From Bacteroidaceae bacterium (GTDB lineage Bacteria; Bacteroidota; Bacteroidia; Bacteroidales; Bacteroidaceae), in assembly GCA_017651315.1 (NCBI GenBank), contig JAGCDE010000056.1, positions 49,474 to 113,473 of the forward strand: a stretch of DNA of 64,000 nt. Reading direction: 5' to 3'. Position numbers and translations under genes: made by a program. The notes under the pieces are model-generated. The model had not been told where the DNA came from, ran no database searches, and was given only the letters and a program-made list of their open reading frames with translations. Positions 57,520 through 64,000 of this stretch are shown here, in pieces; position 1 is the stretch's first letter; every line of letters begins with the position of its first letter.

Positions 57520-57552
57520 CAAATATATCAACTTTTTCATCTTCTTTTCAAA
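57520..57552 (-). promoter_or_regulatory. candidate Bacteroides sigma-A type promoter of the five-gene operon
   Basis: The minus strand reads TTTG (57552-57549), a 21-nt spacer, then TATATTTG (57527-57520). This is a full match to -33 TTTG / -7 TAnnTTTG with canonical spacing, and it ends 38 nt upstream of the ATG at 57481. Confidence 0.5.
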
Positions 57553-57598
57553 AAGAGGACTATTTATGTTGCAGCAGATTATTAACAAGTGTTAACAG

Positions 57599-57640
57599 AA
57601 CCCGCGAAAGATGGCTTGAATACACCATTCTTCGCGGGTT
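57599..57640 (-). terminator. strong stem-loop between the small ORF and the operon promoter (terminator candidate)
   Basis: AACCCGCGAA (57599-57608) pairs perfectly with TTCGCGGGTT (57631-57640). An inner extension, GATGG / CCATT, includes one G-U pair. On the minus strand it is followed by CTGTTAAC..., so there is no clean U-tract. Confidence 0.4.
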
Positions 57641-57690
57641 TAACATTACCACGGAGCCGTCCTGAAGTTACGGACCTGCTCTTTTTTTAA

Positions 57691-57843
57691 TTATGCGAGC
57701 ATGTCGGCATCGGGAGAATCCAGACCGGGAACCTGGCCGAACTCTCCACCCCAACGCTTGGGGGCATCCTTACTGCCGCACAGAATCTGCGCCGTCCTGA
57801 TCTCAACAGCCTCGGAAGCAGGTTTCGAATAATTCTTCTTCAT
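57691..57843 (-). CDS. unannotated 50-aa ORF (hypothetical small protein)
   Basis: It is below the ORF-track size cutoff. My translation is MKKNYSKPASEAVEIRTAQILCGSKDAPKRWGGEFGQVPGLDSPDADMLA-stop. The 153 nt are 56 % GC (85/153 by hand count), whereas the flanking spacers are about 30 % GC. It lies 57 nt downstream of the 1246-aa T9SS cargo gene on the same strand. Confidence 0.4.
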   Translation of the reverse strand: MKKNYSKPASEAVEIRTAQILCGSKDAPKRWGGEFGQVPGLDSPDADMLA

Positions 57844-57900
57844 AACGTTATCTGTTTCTTATATTTTATAGTCTGTTTTTATTTGGTTCCGTGAGGATTC

Positions 57901-58602
57901 TTACCTTATAATCACCTTGCGGCCATTGTTTATGTACAGGCCCGGTCCGGTGGGTGCGCCATCAAGACGGCGGCCGTACATGTCGTACCACTCGCCGGTC
58001 ATCACGTTGCCGGTCCTCATGTCCATAGTGCCCACTGCGGTCTCGGTGCCGTCACTGCCCAACAGACGCACCTTTATGCGGTCAGGTATGGCAGGTGTTG
58101 ATGCCACTCCTCTGCCTGGTGCCTGAAGGGCCTCATCGCTTCCAGAGTAGGTGAGATATGCACGGAACGGCTTGACTGTAGCGCCGTTGGCAGCCCTCAC
58201 GAACTCACCTGCGGTAATAGAAACCTCTGTTTCAACGGCATCTTTACCATTTGTTCCCGCGAATCCGAACACTTTACCGTTAAGATCAGTTCCATAAACC
58301 AGATTGGTGTAGGTGCCGCTGAACGTCCAATCGACACCGCCGGAATACGTGGACGTGGTGGAACCGGCTGAAATTGTTGCGGGCACGCTGCCAATAAAGC
58401 CACTGAAGGTGACATCACCTGTAGCACCCGGCATGAACAGATAGGGTTGATCGGCTACGGTGGGTGATGCAGCCAGGTTAGCTGCCTCCATCGTGGCAAC
58501 CCATCCCTCTGTATCATCGTAGGTCACATCGACAAACTCATAGAGCGTGCCGCCGCTGACACCGGTCATCGGGAAAGGCAGGCAGACGGTCGAGGCCACG
58601 TT
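57901..58602 (-). repeat. copy A of a ~700-bp duplicated 3-prime gene module (pre-CTD domain plus T9SS CTD)
   Basis: It aligns collinearly with 61808-62515. The first ~205 nt from the stop codon differ at only about 8 positions by manual alignment. Blocks such as GTGAGATATGCACGGAACGGCTTGACTGTAGC are identical. Similarity stops upstream of the NVASTVCLPFP codons. Confidence 0.85.
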
Positions 58603-61600
58603 CTCACTGAACGAGCGCATAAATGAGGTCTTGACATCAGTAGCACCCTGATAGTTGCTTATGAGTTTGGCCACCCCGTCAGTCTCGGTCAGCCGGAAAC
58701 TACCTGCATCCTGATGCACATTCAAACCGCGCTGGGGCAGGAACGGATAATAAACTGTTCCCTGACTGGAAGCGGGACTGGCAGGAACCTCACTGGAGTA
58801 GATGATGGAACCTGAGTCCGTTACCTTAATGAAAGCACCCTCTCCCGGAGCCAGCACCACGGAACCCTCATAGACATCAAATCCTTTACCCGAAGAGTTG
58901 AGTTTATAGAAAGTAGCAGCACCACTCTTACTATACGAGATTTCACCGTCACAGGTGTAAGGATTACCCACTAACTTCCAGCCGTTCAGTTCATCTGTGC
59001 AATCCGGGTCATAAGTCATGTCTTCCCGCATCTCATTCTGGTAACTTGACCATGTGGGACCAATGTAAAAGAAGTTCAAGTTCTCATTATTTGCATAGTA
59101 ATATCCGTTACCCCAAAGCATTCCGCTCTTGAAGAGGTCACTTTTGCTATCAGAATCGTATTTCGTAATCTTACCGTTAATCCATTCCATACCTGATGTA
59201 GCACCTGGGATAGCGTTCAAAGTACATGTGGGATCAAAGGCATATAAGTCATATTTATCCGTTGAACCTATCAAATAATCAACCATATCACAGTCAAGAC
59301 CGTTTCTATTTATTTCAGTTCTACCGATAACAGGACTGGAAATGAGATTATCAGTGCCGCCGGTAACGCTCTTCTTCATGGTCATTTTCAACGAGGAGGC
59401 ACCTTGTTTAAGCTGGGCACCTTCCTCAATGGTTATGGAAGCGCCATTCAGAATGACTTTCATAGCCTGGGCTGTCACACCGGCAGGAATGGTAACAGCA
59501 GCATCTATGCGCACCTTATTATCATAGGTGGGAACGCCATTGGGCTCCCAGCTGCCATCTACATTCCAATCACCCGAGTTTCTGAACACCTTCAGATTTG
59601 AGGTCATGAATGAGCCAGTGGCCCAACTGCTTTTCCCATTTTCTTCTACACTTCTCACCTGCCAGTAATACGGGGAATCCGCATACAGACCAGTAGCCGA
59701 ATATGAATTATCGTTGACTGTTATTGGGTCAACATTATCTGGACATACAAATATACCAAAACTCTCATTGCTGTCACTGATATAGTTTCTTGCCTTGAAA
59801 GACAGGGTTCCACCAAGTTTTACACCGGATATGATCAACCAGTCATCAGGTGAAAGCCTAGTATCCCATACCATACTTTTTGAATCATAGCCCTTGTTTC
59901 CGTTGAAATAATAATTATTGTAAGAATCTTGTGACCTTCCATAAGTGCCAAGATCCCAACCAGAACCATCACCGTCCAGGTCTATTTTAGTAATCGCCTG
60001 AGAAATCTCGTCTGCTTCAAAATCCTCAGATAAGATGGTATTATTTTGATCATCAGTCAGCACAATGTCATCAATAAGCAAGCGCGACTGACCAATCACA
60101 TCATAGTGGCGGATAACGATTGAACCGTTGCCGCTGTAATTGCTCAAATCAAAGCTGTACGTGGTCAGTTTTCCAGTTACGACAACATCCTTGCCTATTT
60201 GTACCCACGGTTTCAATAGCAGTTCATAACCGTTGTTGTTACCTTCCCAACTAAGCGTAGCACTGTGTCCAGTCACCTCTGTTGCGGTCAGATTAGTAGG
60301 CACTGCTAAAGGCATTACATTTGAATTGCAGTCAACATCATAATAGGCAGGGGCAGTCATGGCGCCTTCTCCAGAGAATATTACTACTCCGTTATTGTTC
60401 TTCACTGTGTAAGAACACTCATCGTCATAATTATAGCCCCAATAAGTTGAGCCAGCACTAATCCACTCGAATTTGATTTCCTTACTGTCGGGAACATTGA
60501 GAGTAGTAGTCTTTGATGTTCCGCTTTCCAAGGTGACTGTTCCAAGAAGATAATTGCTTTCATTTTCCTCAACTACATATACTTTAATGGCAGCTCCATT
60601 CCATCCATTACTTTCTGTGTTATTAAGAAGTTCAAACGTAATTTGGCACATGTCCTCAGGAGCGCAATAGTCAGTGGTAAAGGTGACGGGGTCGGACCAT
60701 TCACTAACATTATCACCGTTTTTGGCACGAACCATCACTGTATATTCCGTCTTATATTGTAAACTCAATGTATAGGGATTTTCTGTGACTGTCGTGGGCT
60801 GAATAACATCATTAACACTTATCTCAAAACTCGTCTCACTACTGCTCCAACTCAACTCCACCTGTGAACCACCAGTATAGTTTGCTGCAAGAGACTTAGG
60901 TGTTGACACTTCGCCACTAAGAACAGAATTTATGCGAATCTGGTTCTTAACATCTATTAGAGTATGTTCATTCCAAATATCTTCACCAACAAAGCTTGTT
61001 GGATTGAACGGATCCAGAAAAACACTTTGCTTTTCATAGCCATCGTCTTGTATGTATAAAGACTGTTTTTCAGCTTCAAATACACTAAAATAAAGCAAAC
61101 CAAGGGTTTCTTTCGACTTATCATAAGTAACAATCACTATGTTGTTGCTTCCGTCATAAAAGAATGGATTGGTTAACGTAATCGTTGTCCAGGCCTCAAC
61201 ATCAAAAGTCACTTCACCACTGAAACAAAGGTCATTTTCAGTGATATTCACCCAGTCAAGATTATTTTCAAAAGAGGTTTTGTCGGTGCTGACTATGTAG
61301 ATATCCAAGTTACGAGTAAAATCTTCAACAGGATCATAGGCCCACCATTCGTCTTTTGCATAATAGAAATCAATACTTTGGATGATACCTGCTGAACTGC
61401 CCAACTCATCAGCAGTATAGATCTGCTGTGTCAGAGAATAGCCATAACTAATATTAGTAGGAATATTATAATCAATTTCTGACCCTGAGCCTATCGTAAC
61501 GGCAGGAATGGGGTTGGGATCCTGTGCCTTTGCTGTCCCAAGTAAGAACAGCAGTGCAATTATGGTCAGAATGACCTTGGAAGCTGCAAGGAAATGTAGT

Positions 61601-61641
61601 GATTTTCCTTGTTTTTGTACCATAGAAGAGTAAATATTCAT
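57901..61641 (-). CDS. large multidomain cell-surface protein with a T9SS C-terminal sorting domain (Fn3 repeats and lectin/adhesin-like beta-sandwich domains)
   Basis: 1246 aa with signal peptide ...IIALLFLLGTAKAQ. An Fn3-like segment is LAANYTGGSQVELSWSS...YTVMVRAKNGDNVSEWSDPVTFTT, and a second is PTNLTATEVTGHSATLSWEG. The C-terminus ...RIKVRLLGSDGTETAVGTMDMRTGNVMTGEWYDMYGRRLDGAPTGPGLYINNGRKVIIR fits type A Por/T9SS sorting domains. Confidence 0.8.
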   Translation of the reverse strand: MNIYSSMVQKQGKSLHFLAASKVILTIIALLFLLGTAKAQDPNPIPAVTIGSGSEIDYNIPTNISYGYSLTQQIYTADELGSSAGIIQSIDFYYAKDEWWAYDPVEDFTRNLDIYIVSTDKTSFENNLDWVNITENDLCFSGEVTFDVEAWTTITLTNPFFYDGSNNIVIVTYDKSKETLGLLYFSVFEAEKQSLYIQDDGYEKQSVFLDPFNPTSFVGEDIWNEHTLIDVKNQIRINSVLSGEVSTPKSLAANYTGGSQVELSWSSSETSFEISVNDVIQPTTVTENPYTLSLQYKTEYTVMVRAKNGDNVSEWSDPVTFTTDYCAPEDMCQITFELLNNTESNGWNGAAIKVYVVEENESNYLLGTVTLESGTSKTTTLNVPDSKEIKFEWISAGSTYWGYNYDDECSYTVKNNNGVVIFSGEGAMTAPAYYDVDCNSNVMPLAVPTNLTATEVTGHSATLSWEGNNNGYELLLKPWVQIGKDVVVTGKLTTYSFDLSNYSGNGSIVIRHYDVIGQSRLLIDDIVLTDDQNNTILSEDFEADEISQAITKIDLDGDGSGWDLGTYGRSQDSYNNYYFNGNKGYDSKSMVWDTRLSPDDWLIISGVKLGGTLSFKARNYISDSNESFGIFVCPDNVDPITVNDNSYSATGLYADSPYYWQVRSVEENGKSSWATGSFMTSNLKVFRNSGDWNVDGSWEPNGVPTYDNKVRIDAAVTIPAGVTAQAMKVILNGASITIEEGAQLKQGASSLKMTMKKSVTGGTDNLISSPVIGRTEINRNGLDCDMVDYLIGSTDKYDLYAFDPTCTLNAIPGATSGMEWINGKITKYDSDSKSDLFKSGMLWGNGYYYANNENLNFFYIGPTWSSYQNEMREDMTYDPDCTDELNGWKLVGNPYTCDGEISYSKSGAATFYKLNSSGKGFDVYEGSVVLAPGEGAFIKVTDSGSIIYSSEVPASPASSQGTVYYPFLPQRGLNVHQDAGSFRLTETDGVAKLISNYQGATDVKTSFMRSFSENVASTVCLPFPMTGVSGGTLYEFVDVTYDDTEGWVATMEAANLAASPTVADQPYLFMPGATGDVTFSGFIGSVPATISAGSTTSTYSGGVDWTFSGTYTNLVYGTDLNGKVFGFAGTNGKDAVETEVSITAGEFVRAANGATVKPFRAYLTYSGSDEALQAPGRGVASTPAIPDRIKVRLLGSDGTETAVGTMDMRTGNVMTGEWYDMYGRRLDGAPTGPGLYINNGRKVIIR

Positions 61642-61679
61642 AAAATATACATTGTTGGTTTATAAAACGTTATGTTCTG

Positions 61680-61687
61680 CAAACATA
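61680..61687 (-). promoter_or_regulatory. candidate -7 promoter element (TATGTTTG) for the 1246-aa surface protein gene
   Basis: The minus strand reads TATGTTTG 38 nt upstream of the ATG at 61641, the same spacing as the operon promoter. The -33 match is weak (TTTC). Confidence 0.4.
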
Positions 61688-61807
61688 AAAATTTTATTGC
61701 CAATGAAATGTAGGCATAGTAAATTATTTTGTTTTTTTAACCATCTTACTCAAAGCACTCAATATATCCTTAGAATCGGTGTACTTTATAGGATGCTTAC
61801 ATGCCTC

Positions 61808-62515
61808 TTACTTAATAATCACCTTGCGGCCATTGTTTATGTACAGGCCCGGTCCGATGGGTGCGCCATCAAGACGGCGGCCGTACATGTCGTACCACTC
61901 GCCGGTCATCACGTTGCCGGTCCTCATGTCCATAGTGCCCACTGCGGTCACAGTGCCGTCACTGCCCAACAGGCGCACCTTTATGCGGTCAGGTATGGCA
62001 GGCATACCGGAACCGTCTCTGCCGGGGGCCTGCAGGGCCGCCTCTTCGCCATCATAGGTGAGATATGCACGGAACGGCTTGACTGTAGCACCCACGGCAG
62101 CCCTTACGAATTCACCGGCGGTTATTGACACATCTTTGTCTTCTGCATCCTTTCCATCGCCGTCTGAAGCAGCGAATCCGAACACTTTACCATCAAGATC
62201 AGTTCCATAAACCAGGTTGGTGTAAGTGCCCTGGAATGTCCAGTCACCGCCACCGGAATAAGTGGACGTGGTCGAACCGGCTGTAACTGTGGCAGGAACA
62301 CTGGCAATCACACCGCTGAAGGTCACATCACCTGTAGCACCTGGCATGAACAGATAGGGTTGGTTCGCGACAGTGGGCGTTTCGGTCAGATTGGCAGCCT
62401 GCATCGTAGCCACCCATCCGTCGGCACTGTCATAGGTCACATCGACAAACTCATAGAGCGTGCCGCCGCTGACACCCGTCATCGGGAACGGCAGGCATAC
62501 GGTCGAGGCCACGTT
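61808..62515 (-). repeat. copy B of the duplicated 3-prime gene module
   Basis: See copy A. The duplicated DNA also produces the near-identical spurious plus-strand ORFs 57917-58126 and 61779-62057 in the ORF track. Confidence 0.85.
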
Positions 62516-64000
62516 CTGAGTGAACGGACGAGTGAACACAGCTTCAACAGCACGGCCTGAGTATGTCGCCAACTCCGTCACTCCGCCATCCTCGGTAAGT
62601 GTCACGGTTGGCAACGAACTTGGATCATAATAAAACAATGTAGTCTTGGGCAGGAAGCTCTGCTGAAATATTTGTGTACTGTATCCGCCCAAGGAAGCAC
62701 TATCGGCAGTCACGCCATACCAATTAAATCCCCTGAGACTGCCTGATACGGTTTGGTTGAAGCCTATTAACAGGTTGCCGCCCATGTATTGGTAAGGAAC
62801 ATCCAGAGTAACCTCCATCTTGTTTCCGATAACCGATAGAGTGCCTGCATTCATGACTTTCTCCATATCGGCCCAATCCTTTAAAGTGGTGGACGGGAAT
62901 GTAGTATTGTCCACTTCAGTCATATATACCTCAAACCTGGCAACTCCCCAACTGGCAGATGACGTTGAGGCATAAAATGTCAACTTAGTGATTATGTCAT
63001 CCTTTATGTCTGAAAGATCTGCTGCTGGAATAATGAACTGACTCTTTATTTTATCATCAACATAAAGGCCATATACAGGAACATGACTGTTGGTTGCAGT
63101 TCCATCATTCACGGTTATTGAATAAGCGTTAGTTGGCGTGAAACTGACAGGAGCGGTCCATTCACTCTTCTCCTCAACGCTATTGACGGCGCGCACCTTG
63201 ACGGTATAGGCAGTCTCAGGTGTGAGATTGGTAAGATTGTAAACAGGATTATCTGTTACGCTGATGAGGTTTGACTCGTCATCGTCAATACAAATCTCCC
63301 ATGCTGTTGCCGTGCCGTTCTCTGTCCAACCCAATGCGGCCACAGTGCCATTGCCCTGTGTGAGCGTAACTGCCAAATCCGTTGGAGCCGGACATGACAC
63401 GAGTGTGGTAAAGCTCACCTGGTTGCTCCATCGGCTTTGCTCTGTATCACTTTTCCAGGCACGCACCTTGGCTGTGTAGTCTGTCTCAGCAATTAAGTCA
63501 GTCAGCGTGTAGGTTGTCCCCCCCACATTAATAAGGGCACTTTCATCGTCGTTCAGGCAAATCTGCCAAGCGGTAGCCTGGCCGTTCTCTGTCCAGTCCA
63601 GAGTTGCAAGATGGTTCCTCACGTTACTCACGGTCAGTCCTGTGGGCCTGAGACAAGTATCATCAATAGTGATATCATCAATATAGACACCGTTGGTGGG
63701 CATGATGCTGTTGGCAGCTTCTATCATGATGGCCACATAGCTGCCTTCCGTCAGCGTGTATTCAAATTCCTGATAGGAAGTGGTCAACCCGTCCTGTTCG
63801 GCAATCTCCGTGAAGGTGCTCACATCGTCAGGGTCAGTCATCATGCCTATCTTGAAGATGCTGGATGTATTATATCCTCTGACATTCAGTGAGATTGTCT
63901 TGCCGTTCAGGTTTTTCATTCGGGGCAGAATTACGTACTGGTCCTGAGGGTCGTTATTACTGCTACTGGAATAAGAAGAATAGAGTCTGAGACAGTTGGG
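61808..64000 (-). CDS. second large T9SS-sorted cell-surface protein (two Fn3 repeats, beta-sandwich domain, shared C-terminal module); the N-terminus lies beyond the window end
   Basis: The ORF track starts it at Met 63919, but the frame stays open to 64000 (my translation is PNCLRLYSSYSSSSNNDPQDQYVILPR-MKNLNGK). The Fn3 repeats are PTGLTVSNVRNHLATLDWTENGQATAWQICLNDDES...YTAKVRAW and PTDLAVTLTQGNGTVAALGWTENGTATAWEICIDDDES...YTVKVRAV. The C-terminal ~235 aa are paralogous to the neighbouring gene and end GLYINNGRKVIIK. Confidence 0.8.
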   Translation of the reverse strand, partial: PNCLRLYSSYSSSSNNDPQDQYVILPRMKNLNGKTISLNVRGYNTSSIFKIGMMTDPDDVSTFTEIAEQDGLTTSYQEFEYTLTEGSYVAIMIEAANSIMPTNGVYIDDITIDDTCLRPTGLTVSNVRNHLATLDWTENGQATAWQICLNDDESALINVGGTTYTLTDLIAETDYTAKVRAWKSDTEQSRWSNQVSFTTLVSCPAPTDLAVTLTQGNGTVAALGWTENGTATAWEICIDDDESNLISVTDNPVYNLTNLTPETAYTVKVRAVNSVEEKSEWTAPVSFTPTNAYSITVNDGTATNSHVPVYGLYVDDKIKSQFIIPAADLSDIKDDIITKLTFYASTSSASWGVARFEVYMTEVDNTTFPSTTLKDWADMEKVMNAGTLSVIGNKMEVTLDVPYQYMGGNLLIGFNQTVSGSLRGFNWYGVTADSASLGGYSTQIFQQSFLPKTTLFYYDPSSLPTVTLTEDGGVTELATYSGRAVEAVFTRPFTQNVASTVCLPFPMTGVSGGTLYEFVDVTYDSADGWVATMQAANLTETPTVANQPYLFMPGATGDVTFSGVIASVPATVTAGSTTSTYSGGGDWTFQGTYTNLVYGTDLDGKVFGFAASDGDGKDAEDKDVSITAGEFVRAAVGATVKPFRAYLTYDGEEAALQAPGRDGSGMPAIPDRIKVRLLGSDGTVTAVGTMDMRTGNVMTGEWYDMYGRRLDGAPIGPGLYINNGRKVIIK

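Noticed and set aside
57693-57800. An alternative 35-codon plus-strand ORF (MRACRHRENPDREPGRTLHPNAWGHPYCRTESAPS) inside the same GC island as the 50-codon minus-strand ORF.
   Set aside because: It is shorter and Arg/His/Pro-rich, as is typical of out-of-frame antisense translation. It is also oriented against every neighbouring gene. I kept it only as a caveat to the small-ORF finding.
57917-58126. A plus-strand 69-aa ORF that recurs almost identically at 61779-62057. It looks like a conserved small gene present twice.
   Set aside because: The conservation is a by-product of the duplicated T9SS C-terminal module on the minus strand, and both copies are antisense to it.
1-64000. I scanned for CRISPR arrays, rRNA genes, riboswitch-like leaders (FMN, TPP, THF, purine, cobalamin) and known defence-system genes (nucleases, ATPases, reverse transcriptases, toxin-antitoxin pairs).
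   Set aside because: I saw no regularly spaced direct repeats. No conserved riboswitch cores lie upstream of ribF, purA, folE or pdxJ, all of which are internal to operons or have short spacers. All ORFs above 140 aa are accounted for by housekeeping or envelope functions.

Overview
This is a chromosomal segment that looks like Bacteroidales (phylum Bacteroidota). The evidence is Bacteroides-type -33 TTTG / -7 TAnnTTTG promoter motifs, BACON and PEGA repeats, T9SS C-terminal sorting domains, an ExbB-ExbD-TonB cluster, and roughly 50 % GC in the lines I hand-counted. I call 47 protein-coding genes. Two are truncated by the window edges and are absent or shortened in the ORF track. One is a 50-codon ORF below the track cutoff. 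There is one tRNA with a CAT anticodon and a few promoter and terminator candidates. I see no rRNA, CRISPR array, transposase, integrase or phage genes. 42 of the 47 CDS are on the minus strand, mostly in tightly packed co-directional strings with 1-25 nt overlaps. Several ORF-track starts are over-extended, and I trimmed them to the Met that abuts the upstream gene. Positions 1.9-48.3 kb are ordinary housekeeping genes: coaD, parE, ribF, argB, aroK, topA, ybeY, ruvB, hisS, purA, dnaG, folE, tpiA, recG, exbBD-tonB, pdxJ and nadK. A few envelope genes are interspersed, including a 2013-aa alpha-2-macroglobulin-like protein without a thioester motif. From 48.4 kb to the right edge the content changes to an accessory cell-surface region with three parts. 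(i) A five-gene operon (48426-57481) has its own promoter, and all five products carry signal peptides. Its parts are LPP20-like modules, a transglutaminase-like core, PEGA repeats fused to a beta-barrel, and a 7x BACON lipoprotein. I cannot assign it to any characterised system, and it is my best candidate for something undescribed. (ii) An unannotated 50-codon ORF lies in a GC island at 57691-57843. (iii) Two tandem giant T9SS cargo genes share a roughly 235-aa C-terminal module that is nearly identical at the DNA level. One of them shows a sharp internal GC discontinuity, from 60 % to about 30-35 %. All functional calls come from motif recognition by eye; no database search was possible.
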